DNA of 30,009 bases from a candidate division GN15 bacterium (lineage in GTDB: Bacteria; Zixibacteria; MSB-5A5; GN15; FEB-12): positions 1 to 30,009 of the forward strand of contig WJKG01000457.1 in the NCBI GenBank assembly GCA_014729205.1, in the 5' to 3' direction. Positions 8,363 to 17,143 of this stretch are shown here, piece by piece (the first letter of the stretch is position 1; each line of letters starts with the position of its first letter). The notes under the pieces are model-generated. The model did not search any database. It had not been told where the DNA came from and worked only from the letters and a program-made list of their open reading frames with translations. Both the position numbers and the translations under genes were made by a program.

Positions 8363-10591
8363 TCAGCGCCTGGAAACGTCCTCGTGACACAGCACACTCA
8401 GGAACTCATTGAAGTGTAGCTGTACCGGCTCCGATGCGAACGGTCCCAGACTGAAACTGTCCTCAGTACCGTCGATCGTTTCTCGCACGAAGACCGACTG
8501 ACCATCGGCAGTCTCCACCCGCATGATCACCGGCATCTTGAAATCGGCTGTCGCCCGCTGAGTGGCCACGGTGGCATCGACAATATACTCGCCACCATCC
8601 TCAGTTGCGGTCCATTCAACATCAAACCGCGGGATTGGATAGTCATACAGCCAGTAATTGAAAAACCAGTCGAGCGGCTCGCCGTAGTGCTTCTCGGCAA
8701 GAGCTATGAAGTCATTGGTTGTGTACAGGCGATTATTGAATGTGAAGCTTGCCTCGAACAAGAAGCGTGTGAACGCTCGGTCCGACATCGTCTCCAGGTC
8801 CAGCATGAGCAGGCGCAGCATGTGCACCAGCCAGGCGCCCTTGTTGGCGATGAGCATATCGACTCCCCGATCGGAGATGGAGATCGGACGCAGACGATTG
8901 ACATCGTTCAGGCTCAGCAGGGTATCGCGCCGATTGAGCATATTAGAGTAGAAACTACCCGGGTTGACCTTACGCTCAATCAAGAGTCCGGGAAGGTAGC
9001 TGGCCAGTGCGGATTCAATCCAGGTGTCACGATGTGTGGTCGGCTTCATCAAGTTTCCGAACCACTGACGCGAGGCGGCATAACCGGCATACAGATGGAA
9101 GCCTCCCAGGGCCTCCATAGTACCCGAGGTGACACAGGCATCCTGCGGTAGTGTCATCATTCCCGGCATGGATACAAAACTCTGCTCCGGCACCACATAC
9201 ATCCCGAATACACCGGGTGGATTCCCACCGAGCAGGCTGGAGAAGTAGTTCATCGACTCCAGCGCAATAGCCTCGTACGTGGCGTCGGGAATGAAACACT
9301 CCAAAGCCTGCTTGTTGATTGATTCCAGCTTGATGAAGTTCATCATCAACCCCGCATCGGTGGTGACAGTCATGGTATCGGCTCCGGTGACAAAGCCGGT
9401 GAAGTAGAATCTGTTATACAAGTTCTGCGGAGCAACTTCGAACACATCCTTGCCACGTTCACCGTCGGTGTACGGGCCCATCCCGGGCATGAAGTAATCA
9501 GATCCGCCGGGTACGGTGAAGCTAAATGTGTGTAGACTCGGCTGCGGATTTTGCACGTAGGGCAGGGCATAATCATAATTACTGCCATCGTACCAAATCG
9601 ACACCTTCAGTGTATCTCCCTTGAAGGCGTACTCCGGGAGAATCAGGCCAATGTGTTCGAAGTCCTTGCGACGGTGGTAATCGACCGGGGCGCCATTGAC
9701 GTAAACCGAGTCTTCGCTGAGGTTGTAGCTCAACCAGAGTGAGACGAACCTCAGGCTGTCTCTTTCAATAACCAGTGACAGGTCGCAGCGGGAATCCTCG
9801 TCGATCCGCTTGCCGTCGAGCCCACTGAGTACCAGGTCGCCATGTTTGCTGATCGCGCGCGTGGGATACTGGATCTTTGACAGGGCGGAGTCTTCATACA
9901 AGCCGCGCTCCTGCCGCTGAAACGCTGCTGCTTCGGCCAGTACAACATCGCCCCCTTCGAACTCGTAACCAACCTGTACCTGCTCGGGGCGATTGGGATC
10001 GAAAGTGAATGCGTAGCGGTTGAAGTCGATGAACAGGTAACCGTCCTCAGCGCGCTCGTAGTGCGAGCGCAGCAGTTGGAAGTAGTTGTCATAGGTGTGA
10101 TATATGTTGGGCTTGAAGAACACTTCGCCCTGAAACTCTTTACTGGCATGGAAATTCTTCCAGGAGATGCCTTCCGAGGTGAACTCGAACTGCTCCTTAA
10201 GACGCAAATCGAGGTTGTCCGAAAACTCAATGAAACAGAATTCGAAATCTTCGTCGATAGTCTCCTTTCCTGACACCGCGTGCAGGCAATTGCGCTCGCT
10301 GGGGACCGGGATGTCGATTGTACAGTTGCCCTTGCCCCTAAACGTCAACGTGGTCGGGCGACCATCCACGGCTCGTCCCAGGTGCAGTTCGCCCTCAATG
10401 AACGTGATCGTGGCAACGTCCTTCTTATAGACGAAGTTCTCTACCTGCGCCCGCTCACCCGGGTTATTGAGCAGGTCCTCCGAGAGCGTACTGTAATCAC
10501 TCTTGAACTTCTTCATTTGCTCCGATTCGGCACCGACACTGCCGGCCAGCAGCATCATCAATGCCGGGAGTATCACTAACCATCTGGCCAT
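8363..10591 (-). CDS. Secreted M1 aminopeptidase-fold protein lacking canonical zinc ligands
   Basis: Signal peptide (MARWLVILPALMMLLAGSVGA), SD AAGGA before ATG 10591. M1-like segments RQWFGNL, W.ES.LA.Y, NKGAWLVHMLR and LDWFFNYWLY. Confidence 0.75.
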   Translation of the reverse strand: MARWLVILPALMMLLAGSVGAESEQMKKFKSDYSTLSEDLLNNPGERAQVENFVYKKDVATITFIEGELHLGRAVDGRPTTLTFRGKGNCTIDIPVPSERNCLHAVSGKETIDEDFEFCFIEFSDNLDLRLKEQFEFTSEGISWKNFHASKEFQGEVFFKPNIYHTYDNYFQLLRSHYERAEDGYLFIDFNRYAFTFDPNRPEQVQVGYEFEGGDVVLAEAAAFQRQERGLYEDSALSKIQYPTRAISKHGDLVLSGLDGKRIDEDSRCDLSLVIERDSLRFVSLWLSYNLSEDSVYVNGAPVDYHRRKDFEHIGLILPEYAFKGDTLKVSIWYDGSNYDYALPYVQNPQPSLHTFSFTVPGGSDYFMPGMGPYTDGERGKDVFEVAPQNLYNRFYFTGFVTGADTMTVTTDAGLMMNFIKLESINKQALECFIPDATYEAIALESMNYFSSLLGGNPPGVFGMYVVPEQSFVSMPGMMTLPQDACVTSGTMEALGGFHLYAGYAASRQWFGNLMKPTTHRDTWIESALASYLPGLLIERKVNPGSFYSNMLNRRDTLLSLNDVNRLRPISISDRGVDMLIANKGAWLVHMLRLLMLDLETMSDRAFTRFLFEASFTFNNRLYTTNDFIALAEKHYGEPLDWFFNYWLYDYPIPRFDVEWTATEDGGEYIVDATVATQRATADFKMPVIMRVETADGQSVFVRETIDGTEDSFSLGPFASEPVQLHFNEFLSVLCHEDVSRR

Positions 10592-10663
10592 TGACTGTCC
10601 TTTCGGGCTATATTCGGTATTCAACTTCACTTCTGATACACTCTCGAGGTCGCAACGGCCGCT

Positions 10664-11218
10664 TTAGAAGCCGGCAAGCTGCTTCATGGCTGCCAGGAAT
10701 CGTTCGTATTTCTTTTCCAGGTCGTGACTGGCCGCAACGAAGACATACCCCGGATGGTCACTCCAGGCCCGGGTGGTAAAGCGCTCGATTCCCATGGCTT
10801 CATCGGCGCTTTCCTGTCGGATGCTGTCAACCTGGTAGGCATCCGGACCAAGCGCGGCCGATGTCTGCAACTGCACGACACCAGTATAACGACGATACTC
10901 CTGGTCGATTGTTGTACCCACATCAGTGACGGTCTCCGGGTGAAACGCAAATGTGTCCACCGTTCCACGATCCGAGACAAAAGGCCTGTCCGGGTTGGCA
11001 TCCTCACGGGCCACCTGACGTCGATAGATCTCTTTGTGGAACTCGCCCCACCGTCCGCGATACGAAGGGTCCTCCTCGAGGAGTTGCCGAGCGAGCTCAT
11101 CGAAGAACAGGAAATCTGCGAACTCCGGCTCATGTTTGAGGCGTTCAAAGAACTCGGTTTTAGCCGACCCCGGCGCCCCCGTGATCACCAGCCGTGCGAT
11201 GTGCGACTCGCTGTGCAT
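10664..11218 (-). CDS. AAA_28 / NadR-kinase-like P-loop protein
   Basis: LVITGAPGSAKT Walker-A-like motif, DELARQLL, FVSDRG.VDT.AF. Start placed at ATG 11218 by promoter position. Confidence 0.75.
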   Translation of the reverse strand: MHSESHIARLVITGAPGSAKTEFFERLKHEPEFADFLFFDELARQLLEEDPSYRGRWGEFHKEIYRRQVAREDANPDRPFVSDRGTVDTFAFHPETVTDVGTTIDQEYRRYTGVVQLQTSAALGPDAYQVDSIRQESADEAMGIERFTTRAWSDHPGYVFVAASHDLEKKYERFLAAMKQLAGF

Positions 11219-11224
11219 GAGTCG

Positions 11225-11253
11225 AAGGTACCGGTAGCGATAGCGTATGTCAA
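11225..11253 (-). promoter_or_regulatory. Sigma70-type promoter for the AAA_28 gene (leaderless)
   Basis: Minus strand: TTGACA (11253-11248), 17 bp, TACCTT (11230-11225), 6 nt, ATG; no SD. Confidence 0.78.
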
Positions 11254-11354
11254 GGATGAGGGGAGGAGCCGTAAGCGCCAACGCGAAAACCCCCGCCGCT
11301 AGGGCGAGGGATCCGCGAGTTGCATCCGGTGGATGAAATGCAGGAGATTTGGGG

Positions 11355-11939
11355 TTAGTCGTAGGCTATCTTCGGCTCCCAGCCATCGGCGCCATTCTTG
11401 AGCATGGCAAAGATGTGCCAGAGTGAGCAGAAATCGTCGCCGGGGCCGAAGTAAGCGTAGCTGATCCGCCTGATGTTAGTGTCATCCTCCAGGCGAAAGG
11501 TCGAGATTCCCGGCCACGGAGCACCTTTGTCCGATTCCATGAGCATATCTTTGGAAAATGGACCACCGTTGCTGGACAGCACCTTAAAACTCCACCCGCG
11601 CGATTTCGCGAAGTCGGCCGCTGTGGAAGGGGCATCGGCCGATACGAGCACAAACGCTGCGCGGTCTTCCAGATGATGCCGGATTCCATTGAACCCGTCG
11701 GCCCACAGCGTACAGTACGGGCAGTTTCTGCCCATATTGTGAATGACAATCAAGTCCTTCTTGTCACCGAAGAGCTCCGATAGCTGCACCGGGCTACCTT
11801 CGAGATCCACAAGGGTATAGTCGCTGACGGTCTTGCCGGCCAACTGGCGCTGCAATCCCTGCATCTTCTGACGTAGCGCCTGCAACTGCTCGGCGGCCTG
11901 GTTGTACTCATCGGACTTCATTTCCGGATACTGAGCCAT
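11355..11939 (-). CDS. DUF899 family thioredoxin-like protein
   Basis: V.LSELFGDK..LIVIHNMG..CPYCTLWADG, RAAFVLVS, RGW.F...S, PGISTF; SD AAAGGGA upstream. Confidence 0.85.
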   Translation of the reverse strand: MAQYPEMKSDEYNQAAEQLQALRQKMQGLQRQLAGKTVSDYTLVDLEGSPVQLSELFGDKKDLIVIHNMGRNCPYCTLWADGFNGIRHHLEDRAAFVLVSADAPSTAADFAKSRGWSFKVLSSNGGPFSKDMLMESDKGAPWPGISTFRLEDDTNIRRISYAYFGPGDDFCSLWHIFAMLKNGADGWEPKIAYD

Positions 11940-12078
11940 TAATATTGTCCCTTTCTAGTCTACGTTCTTAGCAACAGATAATACGCACCTGGTGGCCACA
12001 GTGTTGCCACGCAGACTGACGCCTGCAGCATAGTAACCAGGTTCTAAGCATAGCACTGCTCACCAATCGAATCAACAG

Positions 12079-12107
12079 GTGACAACAGTTGGCAGGTTGT
12101 GTATACT
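12079..12107 (+). promoter_or_regulatory. Sigma70-type promoter for the M24-Nudix-MurJ operon
   Basis: GTGACA (12079-12084), 17 bp, TATACT (12102-12107); SD AGGAGGGAG before GTG 12151. Confidence 0.65.
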
Positions 12108-12150
12108 TGGCCAATTGACCGGTCACCGCAATCCAACAGGAGGGAGTATC

Positions 12151-13329
12151 GTGGCTCTCAATATACGGGCCATCCAGCAGTTCCTCTCAGAACATGACCT
12201 CGACGGCTGGCTGCTGGCCGATTTCCACGGCCGCAATACGATAGCCACCGAGATGCTGCAGATCTCCGGAATGCTTACCCGGCGATCTTTCTACTTTATC
12301 CCGGTAACCGGTGAACCCACGGCCCTGATCAACCCCATCGAGTCGGCCAAATTCAAAGACCTGCCTGGCAAGCTGTTCGCCTACAACGGATGGAAAGGGC
12401 TGGAAGAGAATCTTGCGCAACTACTTAACGGGCAGAAAACGATCGCGATGGAGTACTCTGAGCGCGGTCGTCTGCCATACGTGGGACTGGTTGAGGCCGG
12501 AACTATTGAGTTGGTGCGAAGCCTGGGTGTCACCGTGGTGTCGTCGGCGGATCTGGTGGCGGGATTCAAGGCTCGCCTCTCCCCCGGGCAAATCACGGCG
12601 CATCGGACGGCAGCCAGCGACTTAGTTGCCATCAAGAGCCTGACACACGAGTACATAGCAAAGTCGCTCAAAAACGGCAAGACTCTCACAGAGTACGATG
12701 TGGTCCGGTTCATTCTCGGAGAATTCGACAAACGGGATATGGAGACAGCCTTCCCGCCGAATTGCTCGGTCGACGCCAATGCCGGCGATCCCCACTATGA
12801 GCCCCAGCTCGAGACAGCACAAGCGATCGAAAAGGGTCGGTTGGTGCTCATTGATCTGTGGGCGCGCTCAAGGCAACCAGAGGGTGTCTATGCCGACATT
12901 ACCTGGATGGCGTTCGCTGGTTCCGAGAGCGATATCCCGAGCAAGTATGTGGAGATATTCAATGTACTCGTACGGGCCCGCGATGCTGCCATTGCGCACC
13001 TTCAGAAGGCCGGCACGTCTACCCCGTTGACTGGTGCCGAGGTTGACGATGTTTGTCGAGCGGTTGTGCAGGACGCCGGCTATGGGCAGTACTTCACGCA
13101 TCGGACAGGTCACTCGATTACCGGGCGCGAGCACGGCGAGGGACCGAATATCGACAATCTGGAAACCGAGGATAAACGCCTTCTGCAGCCGGGTCACTTG
13201 TTTTCCATTGAGCCGGGAATCTACATGGACGATTGCGGCTTCCGCACGGAAATCAATGTGCTCATGACCGAAGACGGGGCTGAGGTAACCACCCTGCCGC
13301 TGCAGGAGAAGATCGTTCCGCTGGTGTAG
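12151..13329 (+). CDS. M24 family Xaa-Pro aminopeptidase
   Basis: Metal ligands are recognisable: LIDLW, YADITW, HRTGH, SIEPGIY, RTEINV. GTG start at 12151 with strong SD. Confidence 0.9.
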   Translation: MALNIRAIQQFLSEHDLDGWLLADFHGRNTIATEMLQISGMLTRRSFYFIPVTGEPTALINPIESAKFKDLPGKLFAYNGWKGLEENLAQLLNGQKTIAMEYSERGRLPYVGLVEAGTIELVRSLGVTVVSSADLVAGFKARLSPGQITAHRTAASDLVAIKSLTHEYIAKSLKNGKTLTEYDVVRFILGEFDKRDMETAFPPNCSVDANAGDPHYEPQLETAQAIEKGRLVLIDLWARSRQPEGVYADITWMAFAGSESDIPSKYVEIFNVLVRARDAAIAHLQKAGTSTPLTGAEVDDVCRAVVQDAGYGQYFTHRTGHSITGREHGEGPNIDNLETEDKRLLQPGHLFSIEPGIYMDDCGFRTEINVLMTEDGAEVTTLPLQEKIVPLV

Positions 13330-13334
13330 CTGCT

Positions 13335-13928
13335 ATGTATATTTCGGAAGATGAGCTTGACGCGCTAATCGAGCAGTACGGGCAGCCGGAGCGCAAGGCG
13401 TTCAGGATACCCGCATCGCAGGAAGAGATCGATTTCATCAAGAGCACTCGTCGCGACGGGCGTTATCATGACTTCACGCTGTATATCTTCAAAGGCGATC
13501 GGGTGATTGTCAACGCTAAGCACTTCTATCCCCCCGGGTTGTATCGGGCACCATCGGGTGGTGTGAACAAGGGCGAGGACATCATTACCGGTATACAGCG
13601 CGAGGCGATGGAGGAGACCGGGTGCCGAATAGAACTTGAGCACTTCCTGCTACGCACTGAGGTTGACTTTGCCGGCGACTCCGATAATGTTGTCTGGCGC
13701 TCATTTGTCTTCCAGGCGCGCTATGTCGATGGCGATTTCGAATTCACCGACCACGACGAAATCCGCGAGCTGCGATTGGCCCGGCTGGAGGAGTTCGAGC
13801 AGTTTTCCCGTATGATGTTGGCCAGTGGTAGAGCAGGCTTCCACTATCGCGCCGCATTGCACAAGGCCGTAGCGCCACTGCTGCATCCCCTGAACACCGG
13901 CGACGAATCCGAGGATGACGCCACGTGA
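13335..13928 (+). CDS. Nudix hydrolase
   Basis: Nudix box GGVNKGEDIITGIQREAMEETG. Confidence 0.9.
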   Translation: MYISEDELDALIEQYGQPERKAFRIPASQEEIDFIKSTRRDGRYHDFTLYIFKGDRVIVNAKHFYPPGLYRAPSGGVNKGEDIITGIQREAMEETGCRIELEHFLLRTEVDFAGDSDNVVWRSFVFQARYVDGDFEFTDHDEIRELRLARLEEFEQFSRMMLASGRAGFHYRAALHKAVAPLLHPLNTGDESEDDAT

Positions 13929-15478
13929 CCCTTCGATCCGCCATGCAGTCCCAATCGGTCCGGCAGGCCTCGATTATCATCGCGGTCGCTACTGTTACCT
14001 CGCAGTTGATGGGGGTGGTACGCGAAGCGGTGGTCAGTTACTATTTCGGCACCAGCGCTGAATATGATATCCTGCTCATGGCCATGACGCTTCCGGTGAT
14101 GATTGGCGCGATTCTCTATGTGTCGATTCCGTCTGCCGGAATTCCGTTCCTACAAAAAAGCCAGCCCTCAGGCTCGGCTTGGGAAGTGTTTCGCTCATCG
14201 TTCTTCCAGATGAACACTATATTAATAGTGTTTGTGTCGGCAGCGCTGTTTCTGGCGCTGCCCGCACTCAAAGGACTGCTGGCGCCTAACATGGGACCAG
14301 AGGCGGCCGAACAGGTTGTGCGATGGGGCCGTGTTTTCTGCCTGATCATCCCTCTTCGCGCCTACGACGCCATCTTCCGCACTCTGTTGCATATGCGCCG
14401 CCAGTTTCTCATCCCCACCCTGACACCGATTTTGTTTAATATCGTCGCCATTGTCGGGTTGGTCAGCCTCTACCCTTCGCTTGGCTCGGTGGCATTCGTT
14501 GCTACCTGGCTGATCGGGATGGCCCTGCAGGTGCTACTGGTGGGATTGCCGGCTCTGTTTCTGGCGCGGCAGGAAGCTACGACCACGGCTCCCGGAGCCG
14601 CCGCACCCGGGCTCTTCGATCCCGCCTTCCTCCGCTATTTGTCACTGGTGGTTCTGATTGAAAGCATGACACTGGTCATCGAGCCGTTTGATCGCTACCT
14701 CAGCGGGATCTTCCTGGAGACGGGATACGTCTCGGCGACCGCGTATGCCAACGTCATTTATCAGGTGCCGGTGCGAGCGCTCATCTACTCCATGGCGACA
14801 GCCATCTTCCCCACTATCTCGCAGCAGGTGGCCGGACGGGAATTCCGCAGCGCCGCCAGTATGTACCATCGCTCGCTGGCCCTCTGCGCGTTGTTCATTA
14901 TCCCGATCGCCGTGCTTTTCTTTCTATATCGCTCGGAGATCGTCAGCATCCTGTTCGAGCGCGGGCGGTTCGATGCTTTCTCTCGCCGGATTACAGTCGA
15001 GATCCTGACCTACTACCTGATTGCCATGGTGTTCGCATCGGCCTTCTTCATTCAATCGCGAATGATGTATGCGCTCAAGGCTATTCGCTCACTGATGATG
15101 GTGCGAGTGCTGGGGTTCGGCGTCAAGGCGATTATCGGGTTCTGGCTTATTGGCGAGAACTGGGCGCTGGCCATCGGCGGCGGAACTGCCGCCATGTTTG
15201 CGTTCTGCTTTGTTATTGTCGAGCTGCACCTGGTTTCCACTATGAAGATCGGTTACACCCTCTCGGATCTTTCATTCATGGCCAGAATCATCTCGGCCGT
15301 GCTGGTGACGGTTGTGATTATGATGGCGGTTGATTTCGGCCTTGAGGAGTGGACGAATATCTCCCGGACAATCGGGCTGTTCATCACGGCGGCAGCAACT
15401 GGATTGACTCTTCTGGTGCTCGACATTCGCGGCAGCTTCACCGGCATACGCTGGATGCGGCTGCTGGGCCGCGAGTAG
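13925..15478 (+). CDS. murJ: MurJ/MviN (MOP superfamily) lipid-linked glycan flippase
   Basis: Many hydrophobic segments; SQLMGVVRE..VSYYFG, ATAIFPTIS, LFERGRFD, RMMYALK. GTGA overlap with the Nudix stop. Confidence 0.85.
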   Translation: MTLRSAMQSQSVRQASIIIAVATVTSQLMGVVREAVVSYYFGTSAEYDILLMAMTLPVMIGAILYVSIPSAGIPFLQKSQPSGSAWEVFRSSFFQMNTILIVFVSAALFLALPALKGLLAPNMGPEAAEQVVRWGRVFCLIIPLRAYDAIFRTLLHMRRQFLIPTLTPILFNIVAIVGLVSLYPSLGSVAFVATWLIGMALQVLLVGLPALFLARQEATTTAPGAAAPGLFDPAFLRYLSLVVLIESMTLVIEPFDRYLSGIFLETGYVSATAYANVIYQVPVRALIYSMATAIFPTISQQVAGREFRSAASMYHRSLALCALFIIPIAVLFFLYRSEIVSILFERGRFDAFSRRITVEILTYYLIAMVFASAFFIQSRMMYALKAIRSLMMVRVLGFGVKAIIGFWLIGENWALAIGGGTAAMFAFCFVIVELHLVSTMKIGYTLSDLSFMARIISAVLVTVVIMMAVDFGLEEWTNISRTIGLFITAAATGLTLLVLDIRGSFTGIRWMRLLGRE

Positions 15479-15523
15479 CCACCAATTGCCCCCCATGCTA
15501 TCCATCAACGGCGCGCAGTCTGA

Positions 15524-16453
15524 CTACCTGGTCAGGGTCCAGCGGATCTTGGCCGAGAGTGTCCGCAGGACATTCAGGCGATGGCGCAGGTAATCCTCCC
15601 ACCTGCGGCAGTACTTGTCGAAGAGCGGGTCTTCAGTGAGCGCATACAACACTTTGAGCTGTTCGATATGCAGTCGGTGGTTGTGCAGGGTGGCCGGGTT
15701 GGGGGATCCGCGCCCGATGTGATAGAGCGACCAGTAGCCGGTGTCGAATCGTGGGAGCCACTTTACGAGAGTATGCAAACCGTCGTTCCAAAGTGAGAAA
15801 GCCTGTTCGTCCTGGTACAGTCGGATCAAGTCATGCAGGCCCCACATCGCAAACAGAAAGCCATTGAGCACATGGCGGGACGGTAAACAGGGATACTGTT
15901 CGAAGAACGGTCGGTCTTCGTCGGTGGTGAGCACGCCGCCTGCGGAAACGTCGACCCGGAAAGGCCTCATCGCTTCGACTGCGGTTGTGAGGTACTTGTC
16001 AAAATCAAACAGCACGAACCCCCGGGCCAGAACGGAGATAGCCAGCCCTTGAATCATGGCCGACGGCGCTCCCGGAGGGAGGTCATAGGAGCGGACGGCA
16101 AACGGCATACGCCAACTGCCATCGGGTTGCTGCGTTTGAACAAGCCAGTCGCATGTTGTTTCGATCAGGCGTCGCCGCTCGGTTGATGGATCCCAACGAT
16201 TCCGCTCAATCTGCCCCAAAGCCCAAAAGCAGATCATCACCGGGTGGCGGTCAGTCACGTCGTGGATGGTGACCATCGGCAGCCCGTTGGCATCGTGCAT
16301 CCCTCGCCACTCGGTGCGTTCGGACTGGTCCAGGTAGTAGGCCAGGATGTCATCGGGATCATAGGCTATCGGCGTGGGAACATGGAAGTAGCTCTTGGAG
16401 CGGACGCCAACATATTCGGCAAGATTTCGAAACTTGTCGCTAAGCGTTGACAT
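15524..16453 (-). CDS. D-glucuronyl C5-epimerase C-terminal-domain family protein
   Basis: SAMIQGLAISVL.R, FFEQYP....HVLNGFLFAMWGLHDL, FDTGYWSLY, H.LHIEQL..LY.LT. Confidence 0.85.
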   Translation of the reverse strand: MSTLSDKFRNLAEYVGVRSKSYFHVPTPIAYDPDDILAYYLDQSERTEWRGMHDANGLPMVTIHDVTDRHPVMICFWALGQIERNRWDPSTERRRLIETTCDWLVQTQQPDGSWRMPFAVRSYDLPPGAPSAMIQGLAISVLARGFVLFDFDKYLTTAVEAMRPFRVDVSAGGVLTTDEDRPFFEQYPCLPSRHVLNGFLFAMWGLHDLIRLYQDEQAFSLWNDGLHTLVKWLPRFDTGYWSLYHIGRGSPNPATLHNHRLHIEQLKVLYALTEDPLFDKYCRRWEDYLRHRLNVLRTLSAKIRWTLTR

Positions 16454-16459
16454 ATGGTA

Positions 16460-16488
16460 ATAGTAATCAGAGTGGCTGCCCCTGACAA
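16460..16488 (-). promoter_or_regulatory. Sigma70-type promoter for the epimerase-like gene (leaderless)
   Basis: Minus strand: TTGTCA (16488-16483), 17 bp, TACTAT (16465-16460), 6 nt, ATG 16453; no SD. Confidence 0.75.
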
Positions 16489-16599
16489 GTCCGGCCTGAC
16501 GGTTTGTGGTAGCAATTCGGTTGCCGGTAGACTGTTCAAGACATGGTAGTTGGTCGATCTAAATAGTGCGGCCAACTGGCCGAGCGTCGGCCAAATTTC

Positions 16600-16629
16600 T
16601 TGACGGGATAGTGATTTTGATTATATTCT
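16600..16629 (+). promoter_or_regulatory. Probable rpmH promoter
   Basis: TTGACG (16600-16605) with TATATT (16 bp spacer) or TATTCT (18 bp spacer); SD GAGGT before ATG 16662. Confidence 0.6.
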
Positions 16630-16661
16630 AAGGCTCGAATAACTTAGAGGTATAGTAAGCT

Positions 16662-16814
16662 ATGAAACGTACATTTCAGCCGTCGAACAGAAAACGCTTG
16701 AATGATCACGGCTTCCGAGCCCGAATGGCTACTCGCGGTGGGCGCAAGGTATTGGCTCGTCGCCGTGCCAAAGGCAGGAAGAGACTGACCGTTCAAGTTG
16801 CCCGTAAGAAGTAA
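16662..16814 (+). CDS. rpmH: 50S ribosomal protein L34
   Basis: Below the ORF-track length cutoff. My translation: [50 protein letters not shown]. Confidence 0.98.
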   Translation: MKRTFQPSNRKRLNDHGFRARMATRGGRKVLARRRAKGRKRLTVQVARKK

Positions 16815-17142
16815 TAAGCTCCCCCCGTCCGAACGCCTGAAAAGCGAGCGCGATATTGCCTGGCTTTTCAAGACTGGTAACACCATATCGGGGGGTTCTT
16901 TTCGCCTGCTCTGGTGTGAGGCCGACAGCTTCCGTTTCGGGGTCTTTGTCTCACGAAAGCTCGGCGGAGCTGTTCGTCGAAATCGCATCAAGCGACGCTT
17001 GCGGGAGGCAGTTCGGGTCAACCGCCACCTGGTAAACAGGCCAATTCATCTGGGAGTAGTACCGTTTGCTTCAGCATACACAGAAAAGTTCGCTGTCATC
17101 AACGAGACGATGTCCCGATTGCTTAAGCAAATCGGTCGATAG
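16798..17142 (+). CDS. rnpA: Ribonuclease P protein component
   Basis: [38 protein letters not shown] (RNR motif); canonical position after rpmH. Confidence 0.95.
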   Translation: MPVRSNKLPPSERLKSERDIAWLFKTGNTISGGSFRLLWCEADSFRFGVFVSRKLGGAVRRNRIKRRLREAVRVNRHLVNRPIHLGVVPFASAYTEKFAVINETMSRLLKQIGR

Positions 17143-17143
17143 T

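Noticed and set aside
11994-12009. Minus-strand TGGCAACACTGTGGCC as a sigma54 promoter for DUF899
   Set aside because: GG-N10-GC spacing fits, but the -12 element (TGGC versus TTGC) is imperfect and there is no other support.
16458-16468. TAATAGTAA triplets as DnaA-trios upstream of rpmH
   Set aside because: Only three triplets with no adjacent DnaA box; fully explained by the -10 element of the epimerase-like gene on the other strand.
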